A stretch of 64,000 nt of DNA from an uncultured Gardnerella sp. (GTDB lineage: Bacteria; Actinomycetota; Actinomycetes; Actinomycetales; Bifidobacteriaceae), in contig CAMYPG010000005.1 in assembly GCA_947289115.1 (NCBI GenBank), positions 2,038 to 66,037 of the forward strand, written 5' to 3'. This document shows positions 20,267 to 29,870 of this stretch, one piece after another (the first letter of the stretch is position 1; each line of letters opens with the position of its first letter). A model generated the notes under the pieces. The model worked only from the letters and a program-made list of their open reading frames with translations, was not told where the DNA came from and did not search any database. Made by a program: the position numbers and the translations under genes.

Positions 20267-22063
20267 ATGAATCCAGAAAGCTTAAGTGAATTAATTGAAA
20301 AAATTGCTAAAGATTTAGTAGCAAGCGGTAAAGCTGGCAATCTAACAGAAGATTTGATTCCTGCTGCCGAAAAACTTGCAGTTATGCGACCAAAAGATCG
20401 CGCACACGGCGATTGGGCTACAAACGTTGCTATGCAACTCGCTAAAAAAGCTGGTATGAAGCCTCACGATTTAGCTGAACTTTTTGCCGAGCGTTTGCAA
20501 GAAGCAGAAGGTATTGCGCGCGTAGAAGTGGCAGGCCCTGGCTTTATTAACATAACGCTTGATTCTGCTTCTGCAGCGGCTGTTGTTGACGAAGTATTAA
20601 AACATGGCGCGGATTTTGGCAAAAATACGCATTTAAGCGGCAAAACTTTGAATCTTGAGTTTGTTTCCGCAAACCCAACTGGTCCAATCCACATTGGTGG
20701 AACTCGCTGGGCTGCGGTTGGCGATTCTATGGCTCGAGTCTTGGAAGCGAACGGCGCAAAAGTTGTGCGCGAATACTACTTCAACGATCATGGTGAGCAA
20801 ATCAACCGTTTTGCTAAGTCTTTAGTTGCTGCAGCTCATGGCGAAGAAACGCCTGCAGATGGCTACAAAGGCGCGTATATTAACGAAATCGCGGACGCTG
20901 TTATAAAAGAAGCAAATGCGGACGGTGTTGACGTTCTTTCTTTGCCACGAATTGATCTTGGAAAAGATGAAGAAGGTTTGCCTCTTGGCGAAGGCGATTC
21001 CGAGCAGCGCGAAGAGTTCCGCAAGCGCGCAGTTCCAATGATGTTTGCGGAAATTCGCAAGTCGATGCACGATTTTCGTGTGAAATTCGACGTGTGGTTC
21101 CATGAAAACAGCTTGTACGAGGATGGCGAAGTTGAGCGCGCTATTGCAGACTTGCGTTCTCGCGGAGACATTTTCGAAAAAGATGGCGCGACTTGGTTCG
21201 AATCAACTAAGCATGGCGACGACAAGGATCGCGTAATTATTAAGTCCGACGGCAATTACGCCTACTTTGCTGCAGATATCGCATACTATCGCAACAAGCG
21301 TCACCGCGAACAGAATCCTGCAGACATAGCAATCTACATGCTCGGCGCGGATCATCACGGCTATATTGGCAGAATGATGGCAATGTGCGCGGCTTTTGGA
21401 GACAATCCTGGCGAAAATATGCAGATTCTTATTGGCCAGATGGTAAATGTTATGAAGGATGGCAAGCCTGTGCGCATGAGCAAGCGTGCTGGAAACGTTA
21501 TTACTATTGACGATTTAGTTGATGCAATTGGCGTTGACGCTTCGCGCTACTCACTTGCTCGCACAGATTACAACACAAGCGTTGATATCGATTTGGATTT
21601 GCTTGCTTCTCACAGCAACGATAATCCTGTGTATTATGTGCAATACGCTCACGCACGCAGCTGCAATGTGGCTCGTAACGCGGCAGACGCTGGAATTAGT
21701 GCAGACGGAGCTGATTTAAGCTTGCTTAATACTGAGGCAGATGGCGAAGTACTTGCTGCTTTGGCTCAATGGCCTGCAGCTCTTGCACAAGCTGGCGATT
21801 TGCGCGCTCCTCACCGCGTTGCGCATTATCTTGAGGATTTGGCAGCAAGCTACCACAAGTGGTACAACCTTGAGCGCGTAGTGCCAATGGAGTTGAGCGA
21901 CCCAGAAAATCGATTGCCAGAGGCAGAGCGTGAAGCTCAGCGCATTGCAAAGTGCCCAGAGCCAGCACGCGCTGCAGCTCGCTTAAAGCTTAACGATGCT
22001 GTGCGTACTGTAATTGCAACTGGTCTTGATTTGCTTGGAGTTTCTGCTCCAGACAAGATGTGA
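20267..22063 (+). CDS. argS: Arginine--tRNA ligase
   Basis: EFVSANPTGPIHIG, GADHHGY, MSKRAG and YVQYAHAR motifs. Confidence 0.98.
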   Translation: MNPESLSELIEKIAKDLVASGKAGNLTEDLIPAAEKLAVMRPKDRAHGDWATNVAMQLAKKAGMKPHDLAELFAERLQEAEGIARVEVAGPGFINITLDSASAAAVVDEVLKHGADFGKNTHLSGKTLNLEFVSANPTGPIHIGGTRWAAVGDSMARVLEANGAKVVREYYFNDHGEQINRFAKSLVAAAHGEETPADGYKGAYINEIADAVIKEANADGVDVLSLPRIDLGKDEEGLPLGEGDSEQREEFRKRAVPMMFAEIRKSMHDFRVKFDVWFHENSLYEDGEVERAIADLRSRGDIFEKDGATWFESTKHGDDKDRVIIKSDGNYAYFAADIAYYRNKRHREQNPADIAIYMLGADHHGYIGRMMAMCAAFGDNPGENMQILIGQMVNVMKDGKPVRMSKRAGNVITIDDLVDAIGVDASRYSLARTDYNTSVDIDLDLLASHSNDNPVYYVQYAHARSCNVARNAADAGISADGADLSLLNTEADGEVLAALAQWPAALAQAGDLRAPHRVAHYLEDLAASYHKWYNLERVVPMELSDPENRLPEAEREAQRIAKCPEPARAAARLKLNDAVRTVIATGLDLLGVSAPDKM

Positions 22064-22086
22064 TTTAGCGCATTTGCCCTTTATTT

Positions 22087-22117
22087 AGGACGCTAGCTTT
22101 TATGTTAGCGTCCTTTT
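22087..22117 (+). terminator. Intrinsic terminator after argS
   Basis: AGGACGCTAGC...GTTAGCGTCCTTTT. Confidence 0.8.
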
Positions 22118-22276
22118 ATTTTTACAAAAAGACACGCGCGAAATTGCAAATTTTTTTCGATTAAGTACATGCGATTTATTAATATACCCCCTAATATTAT
22201 TTTTCGGTTTCAGTTTTGTTATTCAATGCGTTAAATAATATGCTTAAACAATTTTCACCATATAGGAGGTGTAAGC

Positions 22277-23833
22277 ATGAGCGTCACAACACAAAGTGTC
22301 AGCACAGACAGTGCCCCGAAAAAAAGGAACTTGACAATTATTGAATCCGCGTACGTGGCGGTCATGTTGTTTGGCATGTTCTTTGGCGCTGGAAACCTGA
22401 TTTTCCCAGTATTCCTTGGTGCTAACGCAGGAAACAATTCTGCGCCTGCGGCAATCGGCTTTATTGTTACTGGCGTTGGCTTGCCATTGCTAGGCGTTAC
22501 TGCTCTTGCAATGAGTCGCGCAAACGGTCTTTTTGAACTTTCAAGCAAAGCTAGCAAAAAATACGGCATGTTCTTTACATGCGTTCTTTATTTAACAATC
22601 GGCCCGTTCTTTGCAATTCCGCGCTGTGCAACAACTTCATACACTGTTGGCTTGGAACGAATTATTCCGCAAGACGGAAATGGGCAATTGTACTTGTTCT
22701 TGTTCTCTGTAGTGTTCTTTGCGCTCGCGTTCTTCTTTGCTATGAAACCAAGCGGCATACTCACGTGGGTTGGTAAAGTTCTTACGCCAATCTTCCTTGT
22801 ATTCCTAGCGATTTTGGTATTTACTGCACTATTTTCCCCTATAAGCGGTGCTTCTTCAGATGCTGCTCCTATGGGAAATTACGTTAATAAGTCATTCTTT
22901 ACAGGATTCTTAGATGGCTACAACACAATGGATGCTTTAGCTAGCTTGGCATTTGGAATTGTGGTTGTTAGCACAATTCGCCAGTTTGGTGTAAAAGATC
23001 CTAAAGATGTGGCAGTGAATACTGCTCGCTCTGGATTCTTTAGCTGCTTGCTAATGGCTTTGATTTACGTTGCAATTGTTGTTGTTGGTGTGCGTAGCCG
23101 CGCTCTGTTCCCACCTGCGGAAAATGGTGGCGTAACTTTGGCACAAGTTGCACGTTATCATCTTGGAAATGCTGGCTTATTCGTGCTTGCTGCAACTGTA
23201 ACGCTTGCATGCTTAAAGACTGCGGTTGGATTAATCGTAAGCTGCTCGGAAACCTTCTCTAAGTTATTCCCTAAGGGTCCTAGCTACCGTGTTTGGGCTG
23301 TATTGATTACGCTTGTTTCGTTTGGTCTTGCAAACTTTGGATTGAGCGCAATTATCGAATACGCGGTTCCAGTATTGATGTTCTTGTATCCACTGTCAAT
23401 CGTATTGATTCTTTTGGCTTTGTGCGGTCGACTTTTTGGAAATTCCAAAGTCGTGTATTCTTGGACACTTGGTTTTACTGGTGTTGCAGCTGTATTTGAC
23501 TTTTTGAATAGTTTGCCAACAGGTTTGCGCAATGCATTGCATATGAACGATATGTTGATTGTTGCTCAAAACTGGTTGCCGTTCTCGGAATTTGGCATGG
23601 CTTGGGTTTGCCCTGCTGTTGTTGGATTTGTTGTTGGCTATGTTCGCATGGTTATATGTGACAACAAAGGTATGGAAGAAGTGGCTCGTGTAGCTGCTGG
23701 CCCAGATCTTGAAGGTAGTGTTGCTAATAGCGATGACTATTCTTCAAGCGATGCTGATTTTGACGAGTCGGATGCGTTCGCTGTATCTGCTAAGTCTACT
23801 GTTGACGAGCCTAATTTTGGCAATCAATCCTAG
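22277..23833 (+). CDS. brnQ: Branched-chain amino acid carrier (LIVCS family)
   Basis: LFGMFFGAGNLIFP, IGPFFAIPR, GYNTMDALASLAFG and LACLKTAVGL motifs. Confidence 0.95.
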   Translation: MSVTTQSVSTDSAPKKRNLTIIESAYVAVMLFGMFFGAGNLIFPVFLGANAGNNSAPAAIGFIVTGVGLPLLGVTALAMSRANGLFELSSKASKKYGMFFTCVLYLTIGPFFAIPRCATTSYTVGLERIIPQDGNGQLYLFLFSVVFFALAFFFAMKPSGILTWVGKVLTPIFLVFLAILVFTALFSPISGASSDAAPMGNYVNKSFFTGFLDGYNTMDALASLAFGIVVVSTIRQFGVKDPKDVAVNTARSGFFSCLLMALIYVAIVVVGVRSRALFPPAENGGVTLAQVARYHLGNAGLFVLAATVTLACLKTAVGLIVSCSETFSKLFPKGPSYRVWAVLITLVSFGLANFGLSAIIEYAVPVLMFLYPLSIVLILLALCGRLFGNSKVVYSWTLGFTGVAAVFDFLNSLPTGLRNALHMNDMLIVAQNWLPFSEFGMAWVCPAVVGFVVGYVRMVICDNKGMEEVARVAAGPDLEGSVANSDDYSSSDADFDESDAFAVSAKSTVDEPNFGNQS

Positions 23834-24125
23834 TGACTAATTCATATTTATTTGTATAGATAGTTGTAATAATAAATAATCGCCATATTTTGGTGCGTAT
23901 TTTACGTAACAAGATATGGCGATTTTTTGATTTTTCTTTTAAGAAAATAATGTTATTTTTAGCAATAAAACGATATTGTTGAACCACAGTGTAGTGAAGA
24001 TGTTAGGGCGATTTACGTTTTACGTAATGTTTTATTTTGTAAAAAACAAGAATCAATATTTGTAATACAAAAATTTTGTTGTACGTAATTATTGCTGGGT
24101 ATGAGCTAAAGGAGGCTGATTAATT

Positions 24126-24556
24126 ATGGTAGAAGATGGAGAAAATAACGTGAATAATGAAATTAAATTATTTGAGGGTAAGCAAGTATGTTCCGCTTGG
24201 AATAACGAAAAAGAAGAATGGTATTTTTCGGTAGTGGATGTGGTTGCCGTTTTGACAGATAGTAAGAATCCTAGAGACTATTGGTATCGTCTAAAAAGCG
24301 CATGAGTGAGGAAGAAAAAAGTGAGTTGTCGACATTTTGTCGACAACTGAAACTTGCATCGTCTGACGGGGAAAAATATGAGACAGACGCCGCTGATATA
24401 CAAGGAATTTTGCGCATTATTCAATCAATACCATCTCCCAAAGCTGAACCATTCAAAATGTGGTTAGCGACAGTTGATAAAGAGAGATTTGATGAAGTAA
24501 TTGATGGGAGTAAGTCTAAGGGACATATTGCAGGTACCTGGAAAACTCTTAGTTAA
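24126..24556 (+). pseudogene. Bro-N (phage antirepressor-like) protein, frameshifted and truncated
   Basis: Frame 1 reads IKLFEGKQV...EEWYFSVVDVVAVLTDSKNPRDYWYRLK. After a shift at A5 (24293-24297) it continues RQLKL...IIQSIPSPKAEPFKMWLA, then loses similarity. Confidence 0.8.
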
Positions 24557-24581
24557 AACTTTGGATTTGATTAATGCAAAC

Positions 24582-24610
24582 TTGATTAAAAGCTATATTA
24601 ACGCTATAAT
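24582..24610 (+). promoter_or_regulatory. Sigma70-type promoter of the HTH-MTase operon
   Basis: TTGATT-17 bp-TATAAT followed by AAGGAGG RBS. Confidence 0.75.
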
Positions 24611-24635
24611 AAGTATATAAATTAAGGAGGTTTTC

Positions 24636-24854
24636 ATGGATGTGAGAAATAAAATAAAACAAATTAGATTACAAAGTCTTCTAAGTCAACAAGACTTTGC
24701 TAAGCAGATAAATGTTTCCTTTTGTACAGTTAATAGATGGGAAAATGGCAAAGCTATACCAAACTATAAAGCACTATCTGACATAAAAGATTTCTGCAAG
24801 AAAAAGGGAATCGCTTTCGATATAGATATCATTCATGCAGAGGAAAATAAATGA
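24636..24854 (+). CDS. XRE-family HTH regulator (probable RM controller)
   Basis: [27 protein letters not shown]; stop overlaps the MTase start. Confidence 0.85.
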   Translation: MDVRNKIKQIRLQSLLSQQDFAKQINVSFCTVNRWENGKAIPNYKALSDIKDFCKKKGIAFDIDIIHAEENK

Positions 24855-25852
24855 AAGTATTAAGCCTATTTAGTGGGTGTGGTGGATTAGATTTAGGGTT
24901 TGAAAAAGCTGGTTTTGAAATACCAGTAGCTAATGAGTTTGACAAGACTATATGGGATACTTTCAAGATTAATCATCCGAAAACACATTTAATCGAAGGT
25001 GACGTTAGAAAAGTATCAAAAAATGATATCTCTGAATATCTGTCTGGAGACTTGGATGGAATTATTGGTGGACCGCCATGCCAATCTTGGTCAGAAGCCG
25101 GTTCTTTGAGAGGCATAGATGATGACAGAGGGAAACTTTTCTTTGACTATATTCGTATATTAAAAGATTTTAAACCTAAATTCTTTTTGGCAGAAAATGT
25201 GAGCGGCATGTTAGCCAATAGGCATTCCAGCGCGGTCCAAAATATTCTGAAACTTTTTAATGAAGCTGGCTATGATGTGAATCTTACGCTTGTTAATGCT
25301 AAAAACTATGGAGTTGCACAAGATAGAAAACGTGTGTTCTATATAGGCTTTAGAAAAGATTTAAATATAAAATTTTCTTTTCCAAAAGGATCTACAGAGG
25401 ATGATGAAAAGAAACTAACATTAAAAGATGTTATTTGGGATTTGCAAGATACTGCCATTCCAGCGAGAGAGCGAAATCACCATAATCCAGTTGCTATAAA
25501 TAACAATGAGTATTTTGTCGGAGCGTTTTCCTCTATATTTATGAGCAGAAATAGAGTTCGTTCTTGGCATGAACAAGGATTTACAGTGCAAGCTTCTGGA
25601 AGACAATGCCAGCTTCATCCTCAGGCTCCCAAGATGATCAAATTTGGGATGAATGACTGCAGGTTTGTAAAAGGGAAAGAATCTCTATATCGTCGAATGA
25701 CTATAAGAGAAATAGCCAGAATACAAGGATTTCCAGATAATTTTAAGTTCATATATGATAGCTTGGATACGGGTTATAAAATGATTGGGAATGCAGTACC
25801 AGTAAATTTGGCATTTGAAATAGCTACTGCAATTAAAAAAGTTCTATCATAA
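24851..25852 (+). CDS. DNA (cytosine-5)-methyltransferase, M.HaeIII-like (predicted GGCC)
   Basis: FSGCGG, GPPCQ, ENV, QDRKRV and GNAV motifs. The [11 protein letters not shown]...[17 protein letters not shown] matches M.HaeIII as recalled. Confidence 0.93.
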   Translation: MKVLSLFSGCGGLDLGFEKAGFEIPVANEFDKTIWDTFKINHPKTHLIEGDVRKVSKNDISEYLSGDLDGIIGGPPCQSWSEAGSLRGIDDDRGKLFFDYIRILKDFKPKFFLAENVSGMLANRHSSAVQNILKLFNEAGYDVNLTLVNAKNYGVAQDRKRVFYIGFRKDLNIKFSFPKGSTEDDEKKLTLKDVIWDLQDTAIPARERNHHNPVAINNNEYFVGAFSSIFMSRNRVRSWHEQGFTVQASGRQCQLHPQAPKMIKFGMNDCRFVKGKESLYRRMTIREIARIQGFPDNFKFIYDSLDTGYKMIGNAVPVNLAFEIATAIKKVLS

Positions 25853-25855
25853 TTC

Positions 25856-25899
25856 AGATAAGTGGTGGGAGCTGAGTTTAAAGCTTCCACCACTTATCT
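25856..25899. terminator. Hairpin between the convergent MTase and nuclease genes
   Basis: AGATAAGTGGTGGGAGCT / AGCTTCCACCACTTATCT inverted repeat. Confidence 0.75.
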
Positions 25900-25903
25900 A
25901 TGC

Positions 25904-26800
25904 TTATATGTTCACAGATTCAGTATGCTGTATCAACTCAAGACCTAAATTATTAGTATTAGAAACGCCTAATAGATCTAACGCTGATTTTAATCGTTCA
26001 TATACAGCATCTCCCCTCTCCAAAAGGGGTCTATTAAATACTAATTCATAATCCAATTTTCCATTAGTTACGAACCAATTTACATAAACTGCCAAAGGTC
26101 TGTTACCATCATATTTATTTTTAAGTGAACGATAATTTAACGCTTTACAAGCAAAATACACCTTTGGATTCTGATCAACGTAATCATCAATGGCAATTAA
26201 CGAATTAGCAGCGTCTTGAGTTGTGTCTATATTATCTTTTTCGACTAGTATAAAGTTTGCAACTCCACTGTCTTTTATAATAACGTCATTAACATATGCA
26301 TTTCGTTTATCCTCAGATAGGTTTGTACCCGCATAGACATCAATGACTTGTTGCCTAGTAAGATCTATTTTTTCACTTAACTGACCGCTTTTAACATTTA
26401 ATAATTCAAATTTCCAACCAAGTGTGATAGCACCTTTATCTGTGCGACCTAATTTACTCTTGTATATTAGTGGTCTTTTTTGAAAATCGTTCTGTAGTTT
26501 AGTCACAGCGCTGATAATAATCTCTTGCCACTTAGATCCGAATAACTGTTCTGCACGCTCAGCATTGGTTTTATTTTCAAGAAATTCAGCATTTTCTTGC
26601 TTAAAAGAGATTTTAAACTCTTTAACACAGTTGTTACTATTAACAGCTTCTACATATATATCAGTTTTAGGTTCACCTTTTTTGCAGGTTGGCTTTCCAG
26701 AATTATTTACTTTAAAGAATTCTCCTTCATAACAAAATGTTGAGGCAGCACTAAACAGTGATAATATTTTATGTTCTTCGGGACCAAATGTTTTTGCCAT
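25904..26800 (-). CDS. Putative Type II restriction endonuclease (PD-(D/E)XK-like)
   Basis: EPKTDIYV...EFKISFK motif; AT-rich; convergent to the C5-MTase. Confidence 0.7.
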   Translation of the reverse strand: MAKTFGPEEHKILSLFSAASTFCYEGEFFKVNNSGKPTCKKGEPKTDIYVEAVNSNNCVKEFKISFKQENAEFLENKTNAERAEQLFGSKWQEIIISAVTKLQNDFQKRPLIYKSKLGRTDKGAITLGWKFELLNVKSGQLSEKIDLTRQQVIDVYAGTNLSEDKRNAYVNDVIIKDSGVANFILVEKDNIDTTQDAANSLIAIDDYVDQNPKVYFACKALNYRSLKNKYDGNRPLAVYVNWFVTNGKLDYELVFNRPLLERGDAVYERLKSALDLLGVSNTNNLGLELIQHTESVNI

Positions 26801-26820
26801 AATTTTTTTACCTCATTTCT

Positions 26821-26984
26821 TTTTGTATTTCCATAATGTCACTAATATCGCAGCTTAAAGCGATGCAGATTTTCAATAATCCAACCATATGTTCTAATAA
26901 TCATTTAAAATCTCCTTATTCTTCTACGTTTTCCATGATATCTTCCAGTTTGCAGTACAATGCTTCGCAAATTTTGATGAGAAC
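26821..26984 (-). pseudogene. Two C-terminal fragments of Cro/C1-type HTH proteins
   Basis: Hand translation: VLIKICEALYCKLEDIMENVEE* (26984-26916) and LLKICIALSCDISDIMEI (about 26879-26826). No N-terminal halves are present. Confidence 0.6.
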
Positions 26985-27053
26985 TGGGTGCCGCTATCGC
27001 AAAAATTTTAATTAACACAAGCACAGATTTTGCAAAGTAATATTTGTAAAGCA

Positions 27054-27085
27054 AAAGCCTACCGAAATAAACAGGTAGGCTTTTT
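27054..27085. terminator. Terminator downstream of the MIF-like gene
   Basis: AAAGCCTACC...GGTAGGCTTTTT. Confidence 0.7.
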
Positions 27086-27128
27086 GGTTAGGTTTTTGAT
27101 GTGATTGTTTGCGACTTGCGACTTGCGA

Positions 27129-27476
27129 CTAGAAGTTGCCGCCGTTCCAACCCCAGTCAGTTGTTGCAGTGTAACGAATGTAAGTGCGATCCTGTGGTAT
27201 TCCAAGCTCGCGATTCAAAGCTGCCATAATCTGCTCTGTCAACTTTTCCCAAGCAGATCCTGGTACGCTAGAACCAAAAACGTTCACTTCAACATAAGCT
27301 GCAGGCTTAGAATTGTCTCCTGCAAAATAAATTGGCATATTGTCTTCAAACGGGCACATGAGCCAATGTTCGCTTTTGCCTGGAACTGCGCTAATCGCCT
27401 TGCCGTATGCTGCTTTTAATGCATCGCGCTGTTCTGGCGTAGTGCTTACAGAAACATGAGTGTGAATAACTGGCAT
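27129..27476 (-). CDS. MIF/phenylpyruvate tautomerase-family protein
   Basis: True start MPVIHTHVS after AAGGAG, giving Pro-1; PGKSEHWLM, PAAYVEV and C-terminal WGWNGGNF; 115 aa. Confidence 0.85.
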   Translation of the reverse strand: MPVIHTHVSVSTTPEQRDALKAAYGKAISAVPGKSEHWLMCPFEDNMPIYFAGDNSKPAAYVEVNVFGSSVPGSAWEKLTEQIMAALNRELGIPQDRTYIRYTATTDWGWNGGNF

Positions 27477-27612
27477 AATCGCTCCTTTGCTAAGTTTTAT
27501 GAATTTTTTAAGTTTATAAACTTGTGCTGCGCAACATATGTTACGCAATAATAAACCTGTGTTACGCAATAATTATAGTAAATTGTTAGCCTCCGCGTGT
27601 TTAATTGAATGT

Positions 27613-28122
27613 ATGAAAAAACTTATTGAACAGGTTGTTAAGTTTGGAATCGTAGGAATCATTGCGCTTATTATTGACGTAGTATTGCTAAATCTGCTTC
27701 TTCTTGTGCATCTTAATAACGTTGTTGCTGGAACAATATCTTTTATAATCTCACTTATTTTTAACTATATTGCCAGCATGAAGTACGTGTTTAAGCACCG
27801 CGAAGACATGGCTCGTTGGATGGAATTGCTGATTTTTGTTATTTCTGCAGTTATTGGTTTGCTTATTAACGATGCGATTATTTGGCTTAGCACGCTTGGA
27901 ATGGTTGAAGCTTTGCGTGGTACTGCGATTTACATGCTTCGCACAAACATTGGCAAGCTTATTGCAACAGTTGTTGTAGCTGTGTGGAATTTTGTTATTA
28001 GAAAATGGCTTTTAGATGACACAAAGTCGCAAAAACCTGATTATGATGCCGCTAAAGACAATACTTTTGCTCACAAGTTGGGTGAATGGTCGTTAAGTCA
28101 CACTCCAAAAGGCTGGAAGTAG
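27613..28122 (+). CDS. GtrA-family membrane protein
   Basis: KFGIVG, FNY...YVF and WNFVIRKW motifs; four hydrophobic segments. Confidence 0.88.
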   Translation: MKKLIEQVVKFGIVGIIALIIDVVLLNLLLLVHLNNVVAGTISFIISLIFNYIASMKYVFKHREDMARWMELLIFVISAVIGLLINDAIIWLSTLGMVEALRGTAIYMLRTNIGKLIATVVVAVWNFVIRKWLLDDTKSQKPDYDAAKDNTFAHKLGEWSLSHTPKGWK

Positions 28123-28145
28123 GTTTGGAAGTAGGTTTAGAAAAT

Positions 28146-28778
28146 ATGCAAGCTACGACTATTCATTTTGTGCGCCACGGGGAAGTGGAAAATCCAAATC
28201 ACGTGCTTTACGAGAGGCTTCCGGGATTTCACTTATCTAATCGCGGCTTAAAAATGGCTTGCGCTACAGCAAAATACATTGCGACTGTGCCACAAATGCG
28301 CGGAATTAGTGCGATTTACTCATCTCCTTTAGAGCGCACACAAGAAACGGCGCAACAAATCGCAAACGCTTTACAAATCAGCCCAATTATTTTAGACAGT
28401 CGTCTAATCGAAGCGGAAAACAATTTTCGAGGGAAAAGAATCGGCTATGGCGAAGGCGCTTTGTGGAAGAACAACAATTGGAAGCTTGTATCTAACTTGT
28501 GGAAGCCGAGTTGGGGAGAATCTTACAAAAACATCGCAGCACGCGTTGGCGATTTTGCGCGCGAACAAGTGAAAAATCACCCAGGTGAACAAATCGTAGC
28601 TGTAACGCACGAATCGCCAATATGGTCTTACCGTCATTTGCTAGAAACGGGTCATGCGGAGCACAATATGCTTTTACGCAAAACGGCTTTGGCGTCAATT
28701 ACGTCAATTACATATGATTGCGAAAATATGAATGTGCTTTCCATCACATATGTGGATCCTGCGGCGCGTGTGCAGTAG
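28146..28778 (+). CDS. Histidine phosphatase family protein
   Basis: RHG, SSPLERTQETA, GES and VTH motifs. Confidence 0.92.
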   Translation: MQATTIHFVRHGEVENPNHVLYERLPGFHLSNRGLKMACATAKYIATVPQMRGISAIYSSPLERTQETAQQIANALQISPIILDSRLIEAENNFRGKRIGYGEGALWKNNNWKLVSNLWKPSWGESYKNIAARVGDFAREQVKNHPGEQIVAVTHESPIWSYRHLLETGHAEHNMLLRKTALASITSITYDCENMNVLSITYVDPAARVQ

Positions 28779-28871
28779 AACGTGTGGAATAATAAGCAGT
28801 AGACTTAAAAATATGCATGAAAGATGCGTAGAAACCGTGTTTTTTAAAGCTTAATGCGAAGGAGCGTTATT

Positions 28872-29834
28872 ATGGGTGATTCTGTAGAAAAGCTGGATTC
28901 ACAGGCTTTAGATTTGCTTAAAGCCGCATCCATTGCTGCAGCGGATTTAACTAAATTGTGGCCTTTAAGCGAAGCACGCCATTTAGATAATGACGCAAAA
29001 TATGCTGAAAATCTTGAGGTTAGGGCGATTCGTACTATTGCTCGAATTATTACAGATTTAGACGTTACTGTTCCAGATGCAGAGTTTGTGTATGAAGGTG
29101 CAGACGAAATTCCAGGACGCCCTCAAGAGATAGTTGACGCGCTTTTAGTTGCTGCAAACGCTTACGATGATATGGATTTATGCTACGAACCAGACTACAG
29201 CGAAGCGCAAGAAGAGCTAGAAAATAACAAGAATGATGTTAGCGCTATTTTTAGCAAGCTTGAATCAAATCTTTCTAATGATGTTAACGCAATCAACGGT
29301 GCTGCGGATTCTTTAAGCGTTGCAGGTAATTGGAGTGTTGATAGCTTGCAAGATGCGTTTAGATGCGCAAAACAAGAGTGTGAACAATCGTATGAACAAG
29401 AGTGTGATTTTTGCGGACTTAATTCTGTAGAATCGCAAAAAATTACTGCAATACTGTTTATTCTTAAAAGTCTTATTGAAAAAACAAGCAACATTTACGA
29501 AACTTTGCCTATATTCCTATATATTAACGAAGTGTGTGAGTGCGCGGGAGTTCCGCGAATGATGTTTAAGGATAATCAATGGCGTGAGCTTGTTGATCGC
29601 GTAAAAAGTGGTAAAGCTAGTGAAAATGGCGAAAATAGTATGAGCACGCTACTTGAAATTGCAGCCCCATTGCTTGAGCGTGAATGGTTAAAGCATAAGG
29701 AAGACGTACTTTGGGATCCAGAAGAGGCTAAGAAGCTTGCAAAAGAAGAAGACGATAGAAAGTCCAGAGAAGCATTGGCCGCAAAGTTTGCGCATGTGGA
29801 AGGTAATAAGGAATCAACGCAAGCGCTTGACTAG
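28872..29834 (+). CDS. Hypothetical protein
   Basis: Long acidic ORF with AAGGAG RBS; no recognised motif. Confidence 0.7.
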   Translation: MGDSVEKLDSQALDLLKAASIAAADLTKLWPLSEARHLDNDAKYAENLEVRAIRTIARIITDLDVTVPDAEFVYEGADEIPGRPQEIVDALLVAANAYDDMDLCYEPDYSEAQEELENNKNDVSAIFSKLESNLSNDVNAINGAADSLSVAGNWSVDSLQDAFRCAKQECEQSYEQECDFCGLNSVESQKITAILFILKSLIEKTSNIYETLPIFLYINEVCECAGVPRMMFKDNQWRELVDRVKSGKASENGENSMSTLLEIAAPLLEREWLKHKEDVLWDPEEAKKLAKEEDDRKSREALAAKFAHVEGNKESTQALD

Positions 29835-29870
29835 ATAGGCACGTCCGTAACGCGCGGCACAATGGAACCT

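Noticed and set aside
24126..26984. Prophage
   Set aside because: Only Bro-N and HTH relics; no integrase, replication or structural genes.
24055..27049. AATATTTGTAA on both sides of the RM region as a target duplication
   Set aside because: An 11-bp AT-rich match is likely chance; the same word also occurs near 17335.
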